DNA from: Planctomycetota bacterium
GTDB taxonomy: Bacteria > Planctomycetota > SZUA-567 > H5-PLA8
Direction: 5' to 3'
Assembly: GCA_038227875.1 (NCBI GenBank)
Contig: JBBRPR010000045.1
Coordinates: 1-64,000 of the forward strand
DNA: 64,000 bases
Numbering within the stretch: the first letter of the stretch is position 1; each line of letters starts with the position of its first letter. The position numbers and the translations under genes were made by a program. This document shows positions 21,296 through 30,073 of this stretch, piece after piece. Under the pieces are notes generated by a model. That model was not told the DNA's origin. It worked only from the letters and a program-made list of their open reading frames with translations, and searched no databases.

Positions 21296-24052
21296 TTACT
21301 TCATCAGCTTCGTCAGGTGCTCCATCAGTGTGTTGTGGAATTCCTCTTCGTTGAAACCCTTCGGCGGCGTGTGCTGGTTCAGGCCGATCTGCTTGTTGAG
21401 ACCTTCGAGATACTCCTGAGCGGCGGTGGCTTCCGGCGTGCCCTTCTTTTTCTCGGCGAGGTTCCAGACCGTCGTCGCCAGGCGCAGATCGAACGCGCCT
21501 TCGCAGCAGCGCACGGCATAAAGCGTCGGAATGACTTCGGATTTGCCCCAGTTGATCACGCCTGGGTCCGGTTCGCGGCCATCCAGATCGAACCACTGAT
21601 AGCCCGAGACCGCCAACGTGTGCCACTGCATCAGTCCCTTCAAGCCTTTGCGCATTTCGGCGAAGCAGTACACGCCAAACGTGTAGCGGTCGAGGCCCTG
21701 GTTGTAGATGTGAAGCTCCTTGCCGAACTTCTTCGCGTTGTCCAGATCGTCCTGCGTGTGGGTGTTGACGCCCGACCAGTTCATCGTCCTGAAGATTTCC
21801 TGGATCGTCTTTTCCAGTGGGCCGGTGTTCTTCCAGTCGACGGAATAGAAGCCGCCGACCTTCAGCCACGGCACGGCATCGTGGTAGGCTTTGTGGTATT
21901 CAAGATTCAGCTTCGCCGGCTCTTCCGCGCGCGGTTCATCGAGCTGGCCGTAGTAGATGGGCAGCCAGTTTTCCTTTTCGGCATGCGCTTTCACTTCGCC
22001 CCAGACGATCTTCAGGATGTCGCCGTAGGACTTGCCGGTCTGCTTCATCAGGTTCTTGCCGGTCTCGCCGATTTCATAACCGTCGCTGAGCCCCTCCACC
22101 CAGCCTGGGCCGCCGTAGGAATAGACGGGGTGCGTGATGCCGGCCTTGCGGATCTGTTTGAAGTAATCGTCGCACGCTTTGAAGTCGAGCTTCGGCTTAC
22201 CCGTCTCGTCGAAGCCCTGGAAGGGTATGCTCGGTCCGCCACAGAAGCTGTTCATGCCGTACTGCTTCATCAGCTTCGCCAGATCGTAGTAGCCATTTTC
22301 GCGCGGAGACCACGCACCCAGGAAGCCGATGTTGAAGTCGGGATCATCCAGCGCCACGCCGATCACGTCGACGGTGAGCGGCACCTTAATGTTCAGTTCC
22401 CCTGCGCTCAGCGTAACTTCGCCCTGGTACGACCCGGCCTTCGCGTCGGCAGGGATATCGAGGGTGATCCAGAACTGGCGCGTCAGCTCCTTGGTGAGCT
22501 TCAAGCCCGAGCCGTCGACACGCCGGATACTCATCGGCATGATCGTGTAGGCAATGTCGTTGAAGCCGCGCTGCGTGAGATGGTGGATGTAGCGCAGATC
22601 GAGATTGGACGCGGGAATCTTGCCAGCGGGGCCGCTGAGGTCCGTCGCGCTGAGCTTCACGTCGCTGTTGAAATCCTTGAGCGGGCGTACCGCAAAGGTG
22701 AAGGACATGCGCTGGCCGAGCGTGCCGGTGCGCTTGAGTTTGCCGTCAGATTTTCCGGGCGCATCAACGAAGGTCACGGTGTCTTCCAGCGTCGGCACGC
22801 CAAACCAGAAACCTTTCGCCTTGGCGTCGGCGGGGATTTCAAGCGCCTTGGGCTTCGGGCCCATGAAGGCGGCGCGCGTATCGAATTCCTTCTTGTTGCG
22901 CTCTTCGATCTCCGTCACCCACTTTTCGGATTCGGTCTTTCCGGCGTCCGGGTAGACGATCATCGCCGCGACTTTCGTCGACCAGCCGGCGTCGGCCGCG
23001 CACTGAATGCGCAGCTTGCCGTCGGTGACTTCCGCGTCGAAACGCACCGGTTTGAACAGGTCTTTCATGTACAGCTCCCACATGCTGTCGCCGGGCTTGG
23101 GTTCGATTTTTTCGAAGCGGTAAAGATAGTCATTGGGTCCGTCCGCACCACGGTCGTCGACGTAGACCTGCTTGCCGTTGGCCGAGACGGTGCGCTTGTG
23201 GTGGTGGCAGGTCTCGCCGCCCCAGTAGCCGCAGTCGTCAAAGACCATCCAGACGTGAACTTTTCCGTTGGGGGCTTCGGCGATGAATTCGTTGCCGTTC
23301 TCTTCAAACCAGACATAGTCCTGGTACAGGCGCGTGGGAAACGTGTCGTCGCGGGCCCGGTTGGGCGCGCCGCATTTCATCTTGAAGCCGGCCTTGGCGC
23401 CGTTTTCGCCGAAGACCGTGTTCCACGAGATCGCCGAGAAGCCCGGGAAGACCGTCTGGCTTTCCGGACCGAAATCGAAGGCGAGAATGCCGGCCGGGCG
23501 TGTCTCTTTGGTAAAGCGGATATTGTCGAGGTAGATCGCAGTGACCTTGCCGTTGAATCCGAGGTCCAGGCGCAGGATCTGCGTGGAGTCGATATTCGCA
23601 TGGATGTCCCCGTTGCGCGACCCGGCTTCGCCACGGAAGAGCCCGTTGACGGGAATGGAGAGCACGCCCGCGCCGGGTTTCAGATTGAACGTGCCGTTGT
23701 GCCGGTTCCAGTAATTGCTGCCTTTATCCTTCCACGGCTGGTCACCAATCAGGATGGTGCCGTTGACCGGCTCGGTACCGTCGACGAAGACATCGATATC
23801 CAGAGAATCGTACGCGGACCAGTCCTTGGGCATCCGCCAGGATGTCAGGTATTCGCCCGGAAGAATCTTGAGCGACTTCTGCCCGTGTGTGACGTGCTGG
23901 TCGCTGGGCTTTCCGGTCTTCATTTCGAAGAGGGTCATGTCCGCGTCGTTCTCAAAATCGCAGAGCAGCTTCTCTTCCGCGCGTACCGCCAATGCACTGA
24001 TCGCCATCAGCGCCAGCAGGGCGCAGCATTTCGAAATTCCGTGTGAAGCCAT
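21296..24052 (-). CDS. secreted hypothetical protein, putative glycoside hydrolase with carbohydrate-binding-like N-terminal domains
   Basis: Signal peptide; LLCDFE...DWSAYDSL...IYLDNIRF beta-sandwich signature; QFWITLDIPADAKAGSYQGEV; LDEP acidic motif. Confidence 0.65.
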   Translation of the reverse strand: MASHGISKCCALLALMAISALAVRAEEKLLCDFENDADMTLFEMKTGKPSDQHVTHGQKSLKILPGEYLTSWRMPKDWSAYDSLDIDVFVDGTEPVNGTILIGDQPWKDKGSNYWNRHNGTFNLKPGAGVLSIPVNGLFRGEAGSRNGDIHANIDSTQILRLDLGFNGKVTAIYLDNIRFTKETRPAGILAFDFGPESQTVFPGFSAISWNTVFGENGAKAGFKMKCGAPNRARDDTFPTRLYQDYVWFEENGNEFIAEAPNGKVHVWMVFDDCGYWGGETCHHHKRTVSANGKQVYVDDRGADGPNDYLYRFEKIEPKPGDSMWELYMKDLFKPVRFDAEVTDGKLRIQCAADAGWSTKVAAMIVYPDAGKTESEKWVTEIEERNKKEFDTRAAFMGPKPKALEIPADAKAKGFWFGVPTLEDTVTFVDAPGKSDGKLKRTGTLGQRMSFTFAVRPLKDFNSDVKLSATDLSGPAGKIPASNLDLRYIHHLTQRGFNDIAYTIMPMSIRRVDGSGLKLTKELTRQFWITLDIPADAKAGSYQGEVTLSAGELNIKVPLTVDVIGVALDDPDFNIGFLGAWSPRENGYYDLAKLMKQYGMNSFCGGPSIPFQGFDETGKPKLDFKACDDYFKQIRKAGITHPVYSYGGPGWVEGLSDGYEIGETGKNLMKQTGKSYGDILKIVWGEVKAHAEKENWLPIYYGQLDEPRAEEPAKLNLEYHKAYHDAVPWLKVGGFYSVDWKNTGPLEKTIQEIFRTMNWSGVNTHTQDDLDNAKKFGKELHIYNQGLDRYTFGVYCFAEMRKGLKGLMQWHTLAVSGYQWFDLDGREPDPGVINWGKSEVIPTLYAVRCCEGAFDLRLATTVWNLAEKKKGTPEATAAQEYLEGLNKQIGLNQHTPPKGFNEEEFHNTLMEHLTKLMK

Positions 24053-24084
24053 GAGCGTATCTCCTTTTTCCGGTCTCAAATAAA

Positions 24085-25176
24085 TCAGTGATGGCGCGGG
24101 CAGTCGCACGAACCGCGCGAAAGCCACGACGTCGCAAATTCCACGCGCTGCGGCGGTGCCGCCGGGCGCTTCATCCGTTCGGAGAGCAGCCGCGCCGCGG
24201 CCGCGCCCATTTCATCGATCGGCACGTGCACGGTCGACAACTGCGGCACCGTGAAGTAACCGTCGTCGCCAAAGCCGATGATGCTCATGTCCTTCGGCAC
24301 ACGCCAGCCATGCTCGTTGACCGCCGCGATCGCGCCGATCGCCAGCACGTCGCCCGTGCAGACCAGCGCCGTCGGCGGCTTGGTTTCGTTGAGCAGCCGC
24401 CGCGTCGTCGCGTACGCCGCTTCGCCCCAATACACGATGGGATAGATCCGTTCGTTGCGCACGGTCAGGCCATTGGCCGTCAGTGCGCGCATGTAGCCGT
24501 TCTGGCGGCGCAGACCGATGCTGTTGAGTTCGCTGGCCTGCATCAACGCGATGTCGGTATGCCCCATCTTGATCAGCCAGTTGACCGCGTTGAAAACGCC
24601 GATCTCGCCATTCTGCGCCACTTCGTCGAACATCGCCGGCTCCGCCTGGACGCAGTCGAGCAGCACCACCGGGACGGAAAGTTCCGCGAACAGTTTCGAG
24701 ACGTTCGGATCGCCGAGCCAGACGGCGACGATGCCACGCAGCGATGGATCGTTCTTCAGCGCGTCGATCGCCTGCGCGTACGGTTCCTTCAGCGTGCGAA
24801 AGACGATCGGCATGCCCGTCTCTTCCAGCCCGACGAAAAGGTATTGCAGCAGCCGGTAATAAATCTGCGAGGTGATCTCGTTGGGATCGGCGGTGCTGAC
24901 AATCGCGACCGATCCTTTGCGCGTGCGCGGCTGCGCAGACTTGCCGTCGCGTACGAACGTGCCTTTGCCGACGATGCGTTTGAACAGGCCTTCGCGGCTG
25001 AGTTCCACCACGGCGCGGCGCACGGTCATGTGGCTGACCTTCAACTGCGCGGCGAGCACGTTCTCATCGGGGATGCAATCCCCGGGCTTGAAGAACCCCG
25101 CTTCGACCTGCGAACGCAGGCCATCCTTGATCTGCTCATAAAGGGGGGACGCCGCTTTTTTCTTCACGTTGAACAT
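24085..25176 (-). CDS. GntR-HTH plus LacI-type sugar-binding transcriptional regulator (AraR-like)
   Basis: PLYEQIK...VSHMTVRRAV...GKGTFV; C-terminal VPKDMSIIGFGD...LSTVHVP. Confidence 0.92.
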   Translation of the reverse strand: MFNVKKKAASPLYEQIKDGLRSQVEAGFFKPGDCIPDENVLAAQLKVSHMTVRRAVVELSREGLFKRIVGKGTFVRDGKSAQPRTRKGSVAIVSTADPNEITSQIYYRLLQYLFVGLEETGMPIVFRTLKEPYAQAIDALKNDPSLRGIVAVWLGDPNVSKLFAELSVPVVLLDCVQAEPAMFDEVAQNGEIGVFNAVNWLIKMGHTDIALMQASELNSIGLRRQNGYMRALTANGLTVRNERIYPIVYWGEAAYATTRRLLNETKPPTALVCTGDVLAIGAIAAVNEHGWRVPKDMSIIGFGDDGYFTVPQLSTVHVPIDEMGAAAARLLSERMKRPAAPPQRVEFATSWLSRGSCDCPRHH

Positions 25177-25337
25177 GCACTTGAGTACGCCGAACTGGCG
25201 CATTTTGTCATGGAAAACGCATGTCGAATAAGTAAGACACTCGTAAGATAATACAAAATAATGATTTACGACTGCAAAAATTTATAATCAAACGCTAGTC
25301 AATCATACTTCAACGCCATATCTTGGAAAATTCGGCG

Positions 25338-25733
25338 CTACTCCGAAGAGGTTTGCTGCAAGGCCGATTGGACCGTCAGAATCAGCTTCTCCATCTTCCA
25401 GGGTTTGGGCAGAAAATTGACCCGCAACCGTGCCACTTCTTCCTGAAGTTTGGTATCGGGATTACCGCTCATCAGCACCACCGGGAGCGCAGGACGTACC
25501 TGTCGAGCCAGGTGGACCAGCTGCAGCCCGTTGACACTGGGCATGTCAAAGTCAGTCAGCAACAGATCGCAGCGCGTTTTCGTTTCCGACAGCAACTGCA
25601 AAGCATCGGTGCTGGAGGCTCGCACTGTCACCTGATAGCCGTGGCTTGAAAGCGCTGTCTCCGTGAGCGAGAGCAGATCGGGCTCATCGTCAACGATCAA
25701 GATGTGGCATTCATTTGCCAGAGTTGCGTTCAT
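25338..25733 (-). CDS. single-domain response regulator
   Basis: ILIVDDE, LLTDFDMP, LMSG, PKPW. Confidence 0.9.
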   Translation of the reverse strand: MNATLANECHILIVDDEPDLLSLTETALSSHGYQVTVRASSTDALQLLSETKTRCDLLLTDFDMPSVNGLQLVHLARQVRPALPVVLMSGNPDTKLQEEVARLRVNFLPKPWKMEKLILTVQSALQQTSSE

Positions 25734-25901
25734 CACGACGCCCTCGGGATAAGTTAGGCATGCGCCGAACAAATCACGTGGATTGTGATAAGCAGCCAGC
25801 GAAACAGGAGTGAGCAAGCGTATTATAAATACAGGCTCAGCGCATTCCCCTCAGGCTAATCAGTTAATTGAGTAATTAAATCCTTAGACCGTGTCGCTTT
25901 T

Positions 25902-25928
25902 AATAATCATTATTCTCAATAGTGAGAA
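25902..25928. promoter_or_regulatory. AT-rich inverted repeats resembling a Fur-family box in a divergent promoter region
   Basis: AATAAT-C-ATTATT (25902-25914) overlapping TTCTCA-ATAG-TGAGAA (25913-25928). Confidence 0.35.
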
Positions 25929-26086
25929 GATCGTGTCGCAATTGAAAATGTTTCTACTCATGTATTAAACGTTTGTTTTCTCTGATTTTACTTAGCTCTG
26001 TTGAAATCGAGTTCTGATAATATTCTGACTGCTAGCATAAATGAGTGTGCAATCTCGAAAGATCCACAAGGTGTTCCCCTCTCGCG

Positions 26087-26729
26087 ATGAAAATCCGGAC
26101 ATTGATCGTCGACGATCACACTATTTTTCGCGAAGGCGTTTCCGTCCTCTTGTCGCGTGATTCCGCCATCGAAGTCGTGGGCTGCGCGCGCGATGGCTTG
26201 GAATGCGTGGAGACGGCTAAAAAGCTCAAGCCTCACGTCGTCATATGACGTTGAGCTGCCGCGGCTTAACGGCGTGGAAGCCACGCGCGCCGTGCTGTCA
26301 CAATCCAACGCGCGCGTGCTGATCCTCTCGAGAAGTTCCAATCGGCGTCTCATCAGCAAGGCTTTGCAGGCAGGAGCCGCAGGCTACGTTTTAAAAAATT
26401 GCTCGCTGACCACGTTGCTGGATGCCATCAAGGCCGTTCATGCGGGGCAGCGATATCTGGGCCCCAATGTCGTGGATATTGTGGTCTCTGAATATGTTTC
26501 TTCCAGCGTTGCCACCAAGAGTGAGATTGACTTGCTGACGCCGAAGGAGCGGCTGGTGCTGCAACTGCTGGCCGAAGGTCATTCGACCAAGGAAATCGCC
26601 ACGACGACGGATCTGAGCATCAAAACGATTGAAACCCACCGCAACAATCTGATGAAGAAACTCTCCGTCCGCAGCATCGCGTTGCTGACCAAGCTGGCGA
26701 TCCGCGAAGGATTAACGTCGGTCGAATAA
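26087..26729 (+). pseudogene. NarL/LuxR-family response regulator with a frameshift near 26245 (pseudogene or sequence error)
   Basis: MKIRTLIVDDH...PHVVI stops at 26246-26248; DVELPRLNG...LTPKERLVLQLLAEGHSTKEIA...TIETHR continues in another frame. Confidence 0.85.
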
Positions 26730-26822
26730 CCGTATCCGCCAACAGCACGTCCCATTTTTCCATTGGCCCACGCTCACGCCGCACATATTATGAACCCGAC
26801 ACGATATCGGGGACCCGCGCGC

Positions 26823-27113
26823 ATGAGCCACATCGAAAGCATCCAGGACGCCATTTGGCAGACCCACCGCTGCGGTTCCGCGCATGTTGAATCCGTGCCG
26901 CTGGTCGAACGCATCCGCGAGAAGGTCGTCTTCGAAGGCACCGTCGAAGTTTTCAACCTGATCAACCACCCCAAGTCGCAGCGCTGTTACGCGTGGAGCG
27001 ACAAGGACAGCAACGGCGAAGAGTCCTACGTCGCCGTCCTGGAAATCGCCCCCGTCACCAGCCCGCGCACCGCGGTGCTGGCGTCGATCGTGGCGCGCAT
27101 GGGGAAGAAGTAG
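26823..27113 (+). CDS. small hypothetical protein
   Basis: Genome-like codon usage; HVESVP...EGTVEVF...HPKSQRCYAWS. Confidence 0.7.
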   Translation: MSHIESIQDAIWQTHRCGSAHVESVPLVERIREKVVFEGTVEVFNLINHPKSQRCYAWSDKDSNGEESYVAVLEIAPVTSPRTAVLASIVARMGKK

Positions 27114-27184
27114 GAAGAATTCTTAGTTTTGATTGAGTTATGCTTTCGTCTGTAATTAAGAATTCAAAATTGATCGTTACCGCC

Positions 27185-27667
27185 ATGTCCAACAAAGACG
27201 CGATCCACTTCCCCAAGCTCTGGCAGTACGTCACGAACCAATTTCTGCTCGGGAAAAATTCGATTCACGGGCCGGCGCATTGGCGGCGCGTGGAGGAATT
27301 CGGGTTGCGCGTGGCGGAAATCTCTGGGGCCGACGTCACCGTCGTGCGCCTCTTCGCGGTCCTTCACGATGCCCGGCGCGAAAGCGACAGCTGGGATCCG
27401 CTCCACGGCACTCGCGGCGCGCAGCTTGCGCAGATTCTGCGCGGCCATCAATTTCAGCTCGACGACGCGCGCCTCGCCACGCTGGTCGAAGCGTGCACGT
27501 ATCACGCCGACGGCTTCACCAGCCGCAACGTCACCATCGGCACCTGCTGGGACGCCGACCGCCTCGACCTGCCCCGCTGCGGCGTGATCCCGCGTGTGGA
27601 TATGATGAGCACCGCCGCCGCGAAAGACCGCAAGTTAATCGCGTGGGCGATGGAGAGAAAGGGCTGA
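27185..27667 (+). CDS. HD-domain protein
   Basis: HGPAHWRRV, LFAVLHD, HG.RGA, CWDADRLDL. Confidence 0.85.
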   Translation: MSNKDAIHFPKLWQYVTNQFLLGKNSIHGPAHWRRVEEFGLRVAEISGADVTVVRLFAVLHDARRESDSWDPLHGTRGAQLAQILRGHQFQLDDARLATLVEACTYHADGFTSRNVTIGTCWDADRLDLPRCGVIPRVDMMSTAAAKDRKLIAWAMERKG

Positions 27668-27776
27668 GGGCCGAGGACTGAGGTTACGGCGCGTCGCTTC
27701 GCTCGCATGAAGTCGAACAATCGAAACTTCCCGCGTCTGCGGGGAGTTTTTGTTTCTCAGTCCTCAGTCCTCAGTC
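27660..27776. repeat. dispersed intergenic element, copy 2
   Basis: Homologous to 6843-6981; ends in tandem CTCAGTC; hairpin AAACTTCCCGC-GTCT-GCGGGGAGTTT followed by a T tract. Confidence 0.85.
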
Positions 27777-27976
27777 TTGCCCATCGCCGCTTATCCCCGC
27801 TTGCCCTCTTTTTGTCCGATCTTGCCTTGTGAGAATGAAGAGAAGTCAGAACTTATCTTTCGCGTTCCAATTCCCCCCGGAGAACGCTTGCCGTGGCGTG
27901 GGCGCTGGGGTATGAGCAATCCCCTGTCGACTGTTGCAGGAGCACACCCACCATCAAGACGCCAAGGAGAAGACGT

Positions 27977-29146
27977 ATGGCCGACCGCTATGCCCCGAAG
28001 CCCGAACACAAATTCACGTTTGGACTGTGGACCACCGCCAACATGGGCCGCGATCCCTTCGGCGAACCCACGCGCGAACCGCTCGACCCCATCGCCAACA
28101 TCAAGCAGATGGCCGAGATCGGCGCGTACGGCTACAACTTTCACGACAACGATCTGATTCCCTACGGTTCCTCCGCAAAGGAACGCGACCGCATCGTCAA
28201 GGCCGCCAAGAAGGTGATGGCCGATACCGGCATCATCTGCTCCATGGCCACGACCAATCTGTTCTCGCTGCCCGTCTTCAAAGACGGCGCGTTCACCAGC
28301 AACGACGCGCAGGTCCGCTCGTTCGCGATCCAGAAAACGATGGCCGCCATCGATCTGGGCGTGGAACTGGGCGCCAAGATCTACGTCTTCTGGGGCGGCC
28401 GCGAAGGCGCGGAAGTCGACGTCGCCAAGGACCCGTGCCTGGCCATCAAGCGCAACCGTGAAGCGATGAACTTCCTGACGCACTACGTCAAGGACCAGGG
28501 CTACGACCTCAAGTTCGCGCTCGAAGCCAAGCCCAACGAACCGCGTGGCGACATCTACAACGCCACGACCGGCAACATGCTCGCCTTCATCGAAACGCTC
28601 GATCACAAGGAAATGGTCGGAGTCAATCCGGAATTCGCGCACGAAACGATGGCTGGCCTGAATTTCACGCACCACGTCGCGCAGGCGATCGAATCCAACA
28701 AGCTTTTCCACATCGACCTGAACGGCCAGAAGCCCGGGCGCTTCGATCAGGACCTGCGTTTCGCCAGTGAAGACCTGAAGGGTTCGTTCATGATTGTGCG
28801 GCTGCTGGAAATGAGCGAATACGACGGACCGCGCCACTTCGACGCGCACGCGTACCGCACCGAAGACAGCGCCGGCGTCTGGGATTTCGCGCGCGGCTGC
28901 ATGCGCACGTACGTGATCCTGAAGGAGAAGGCCGAGCAGTTCAACGCGGACAAGGAAGTGCGCCAGCTCCTGCGCGAGATCAACCGCGACGACAACACGC
29001 TTTCCAAGCTGACCGGCCGCTACACCAGCGAAAACGCCGCGAAGCTGAAAGCCGCGAAGCTCGACCCGATCGTGCTGGCGAAGAAGCCGCTGCCATACGA
29101 GCGGCTGGATCAGATCCTGATCGATATTCTGCTCGGCGCACGCTGA
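27977..29146 (+). CDS. xylA: xylose isomerase, class I (short type)
   Basis: HKFTFGLWT, GRDPFG, FHDNDL, WGGREG, EAKPNEPR, NPEFAHE, HIDLNGQ, DQDLRF; AAGGAG RBS. Confidence 0.95.
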   Translation: MADRYAPKPEHKFTFGLWTTANMGRDPFGEPTREPLDPIANIKQMAEIGAYGYNFHDNDLIPYGSSAKERDRIVKAAKKVMADTGIICSMATTNLFSLPVFKDGAFTSNDAQVRSFAIQKTMAAIDLGVELGAKIYVFWGGREGAEVDVAKDPCLAIKRNREAMNFLTHYVKDQGYDLKFALEAKPNEPRGDIYNATTGNMLAFIETLDHKEMVGVNPEFAHETMAGLNFTHHVAQAIESNKLFHIDLNGQKPGRFDQDLRFASEDLKGSFMIVRLLEMSEYDGPRHFDAHAYRTEDSAGVWDFARGCMRTYVILKEKAEQFNADKEVRQLLREINRDDNTLSKLTGRYTSENAAKLKAAKLDPIVLAKKPLPYERLDQILIDILLGAR

Positions 29147-29169
29147 TCTGATTGGGAAAAAGTCAGCTA

Positions 29170-29230
29170 GACCTTTGTGCCTTTGGGCACAAAGGTCAAA
29201 ATGACCCGATGGCAAATTTGCCATCGGGTC
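29170..29230. repeat. tandem pair of 28-bp GACC...GGTC palindromes separated by AAAAT (locus 1)
   Basis: GACCTTTGTGCCTTTGGGCACAAAGGTC-AAAAT-GACCCGATGGCAAATTTGCCATCGGGTC. Confidence 0.85.
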
Positions 29231-29963
29231 ATTTTTTCGGCGGCGGAGCCACGGGCGCGACCGGAACAACGCGGTGTCGGTTGTACTTATCGAGCCGCTG
29301 CGCCTCGTCGGCGCTCAGCAAGGCCTTCAAGGCGTTGATCGTGTCTTCGTCTTCCTTATTAATGGCCGTACGCGCTTCCTTGACCCACGACTTCAATTCT
29401 TCGCGCGCGTCGGCGATCTCCTCGGGCGTTTTGCCCTTCGTTTTCTCACGCAGCGCTTTCTCGCGTTCGACGAACTCGTCTCTGAATTTCAGCTCGCGTT
29501 CCAGCGGCGGAGCCCATTTGGCGTGGCTGAAGTCGAGCAGTTTCTTCGCCGCGTCGCGCCGGACTTCGGGTAGAGCGGCGATGACTTTGGCTTCGTACTC
29601 CGCACGCGCGGCTTTCATTTCGCCTTCCCATTTCGCCGCTTTCTTCAAAAGCTCTGCGTCGAAGTCGGCGACGATTTTTTCGACGTTCTCTTTTTCGGTC
29701 TTGGAAAGTTCAAAGATTTCCGTGACGCCCGCGGTGAGTCCCGGCTGCTCCACCGCGCCGGGTTTGGGTGTGATCCGCAGCCGTTCGATGGCAATCAGCC
29801 ATGCGGGCGTGGGCTCCCATTTCTCGAGTTTCTCCACCGGAACGGGCGCCGGTTGCGGAACCAGCGGCGTAAGCGGCGGTTGTGGAGCATCCGCGGCGGC
29901 AATGGCATTTCCAACCGAAATGGCTAAGGCCGCAAGGACCAGCGCGGCACAGATGTAACGCAT
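29229..29963 (-). CDS. secreted alpha-helical hypothetical protein
   Basis: Signal peptide MRYICAALVLAALAISV; Lys/Glu-rich helical body. Confidence 0.75.
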   Translation of the reverse strand: MRYICAALVLAALAISVGNAIAAADAPQPPLTPLVPQPAPVPVEKLEKWEPTPAWLIAIERLRITPKPGAVEQPGLTAGVTEIFELSKTEKENVEKIVADFDAELLKKAAKWEGEMKAARAEYEAKVIAALPEVRRDAAKKLLDFSHAKWAPPLERELKFRDEFVEREKALREKTKGKTPEEIADAREELKSWVKEARTAINKEDEDTINALKALLSADEAQRLDKYNRHRVVPVAPVAPPPKK

Positions 29964-30073
29964 GACAAAACTCTCCCGATGACTTACGCTTTCCCGAGTT
30001 CGCGTTTCCAATAGCATAACCATACTGGCCCGAATTGGGTCATCAATTCAATCCCCGCCCACGTTGGACCGGA

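Noticed and set aside
21224..24046. 940-aa plus-strand ORF, and similar long ORFs such as 8646-10430, 1600-2826 and 27791-29269
   Set aside because: Antisense shadows of well-supported genes, expected in high-GC DNA with strong codon bias; no protein motifs.
29170..29230. 28-bp units as dif/Xer sites
   Set aside because: The length matches, but there is no resemblance to the XerC/XerD arm consensus; kept only as an unexplained repeat.
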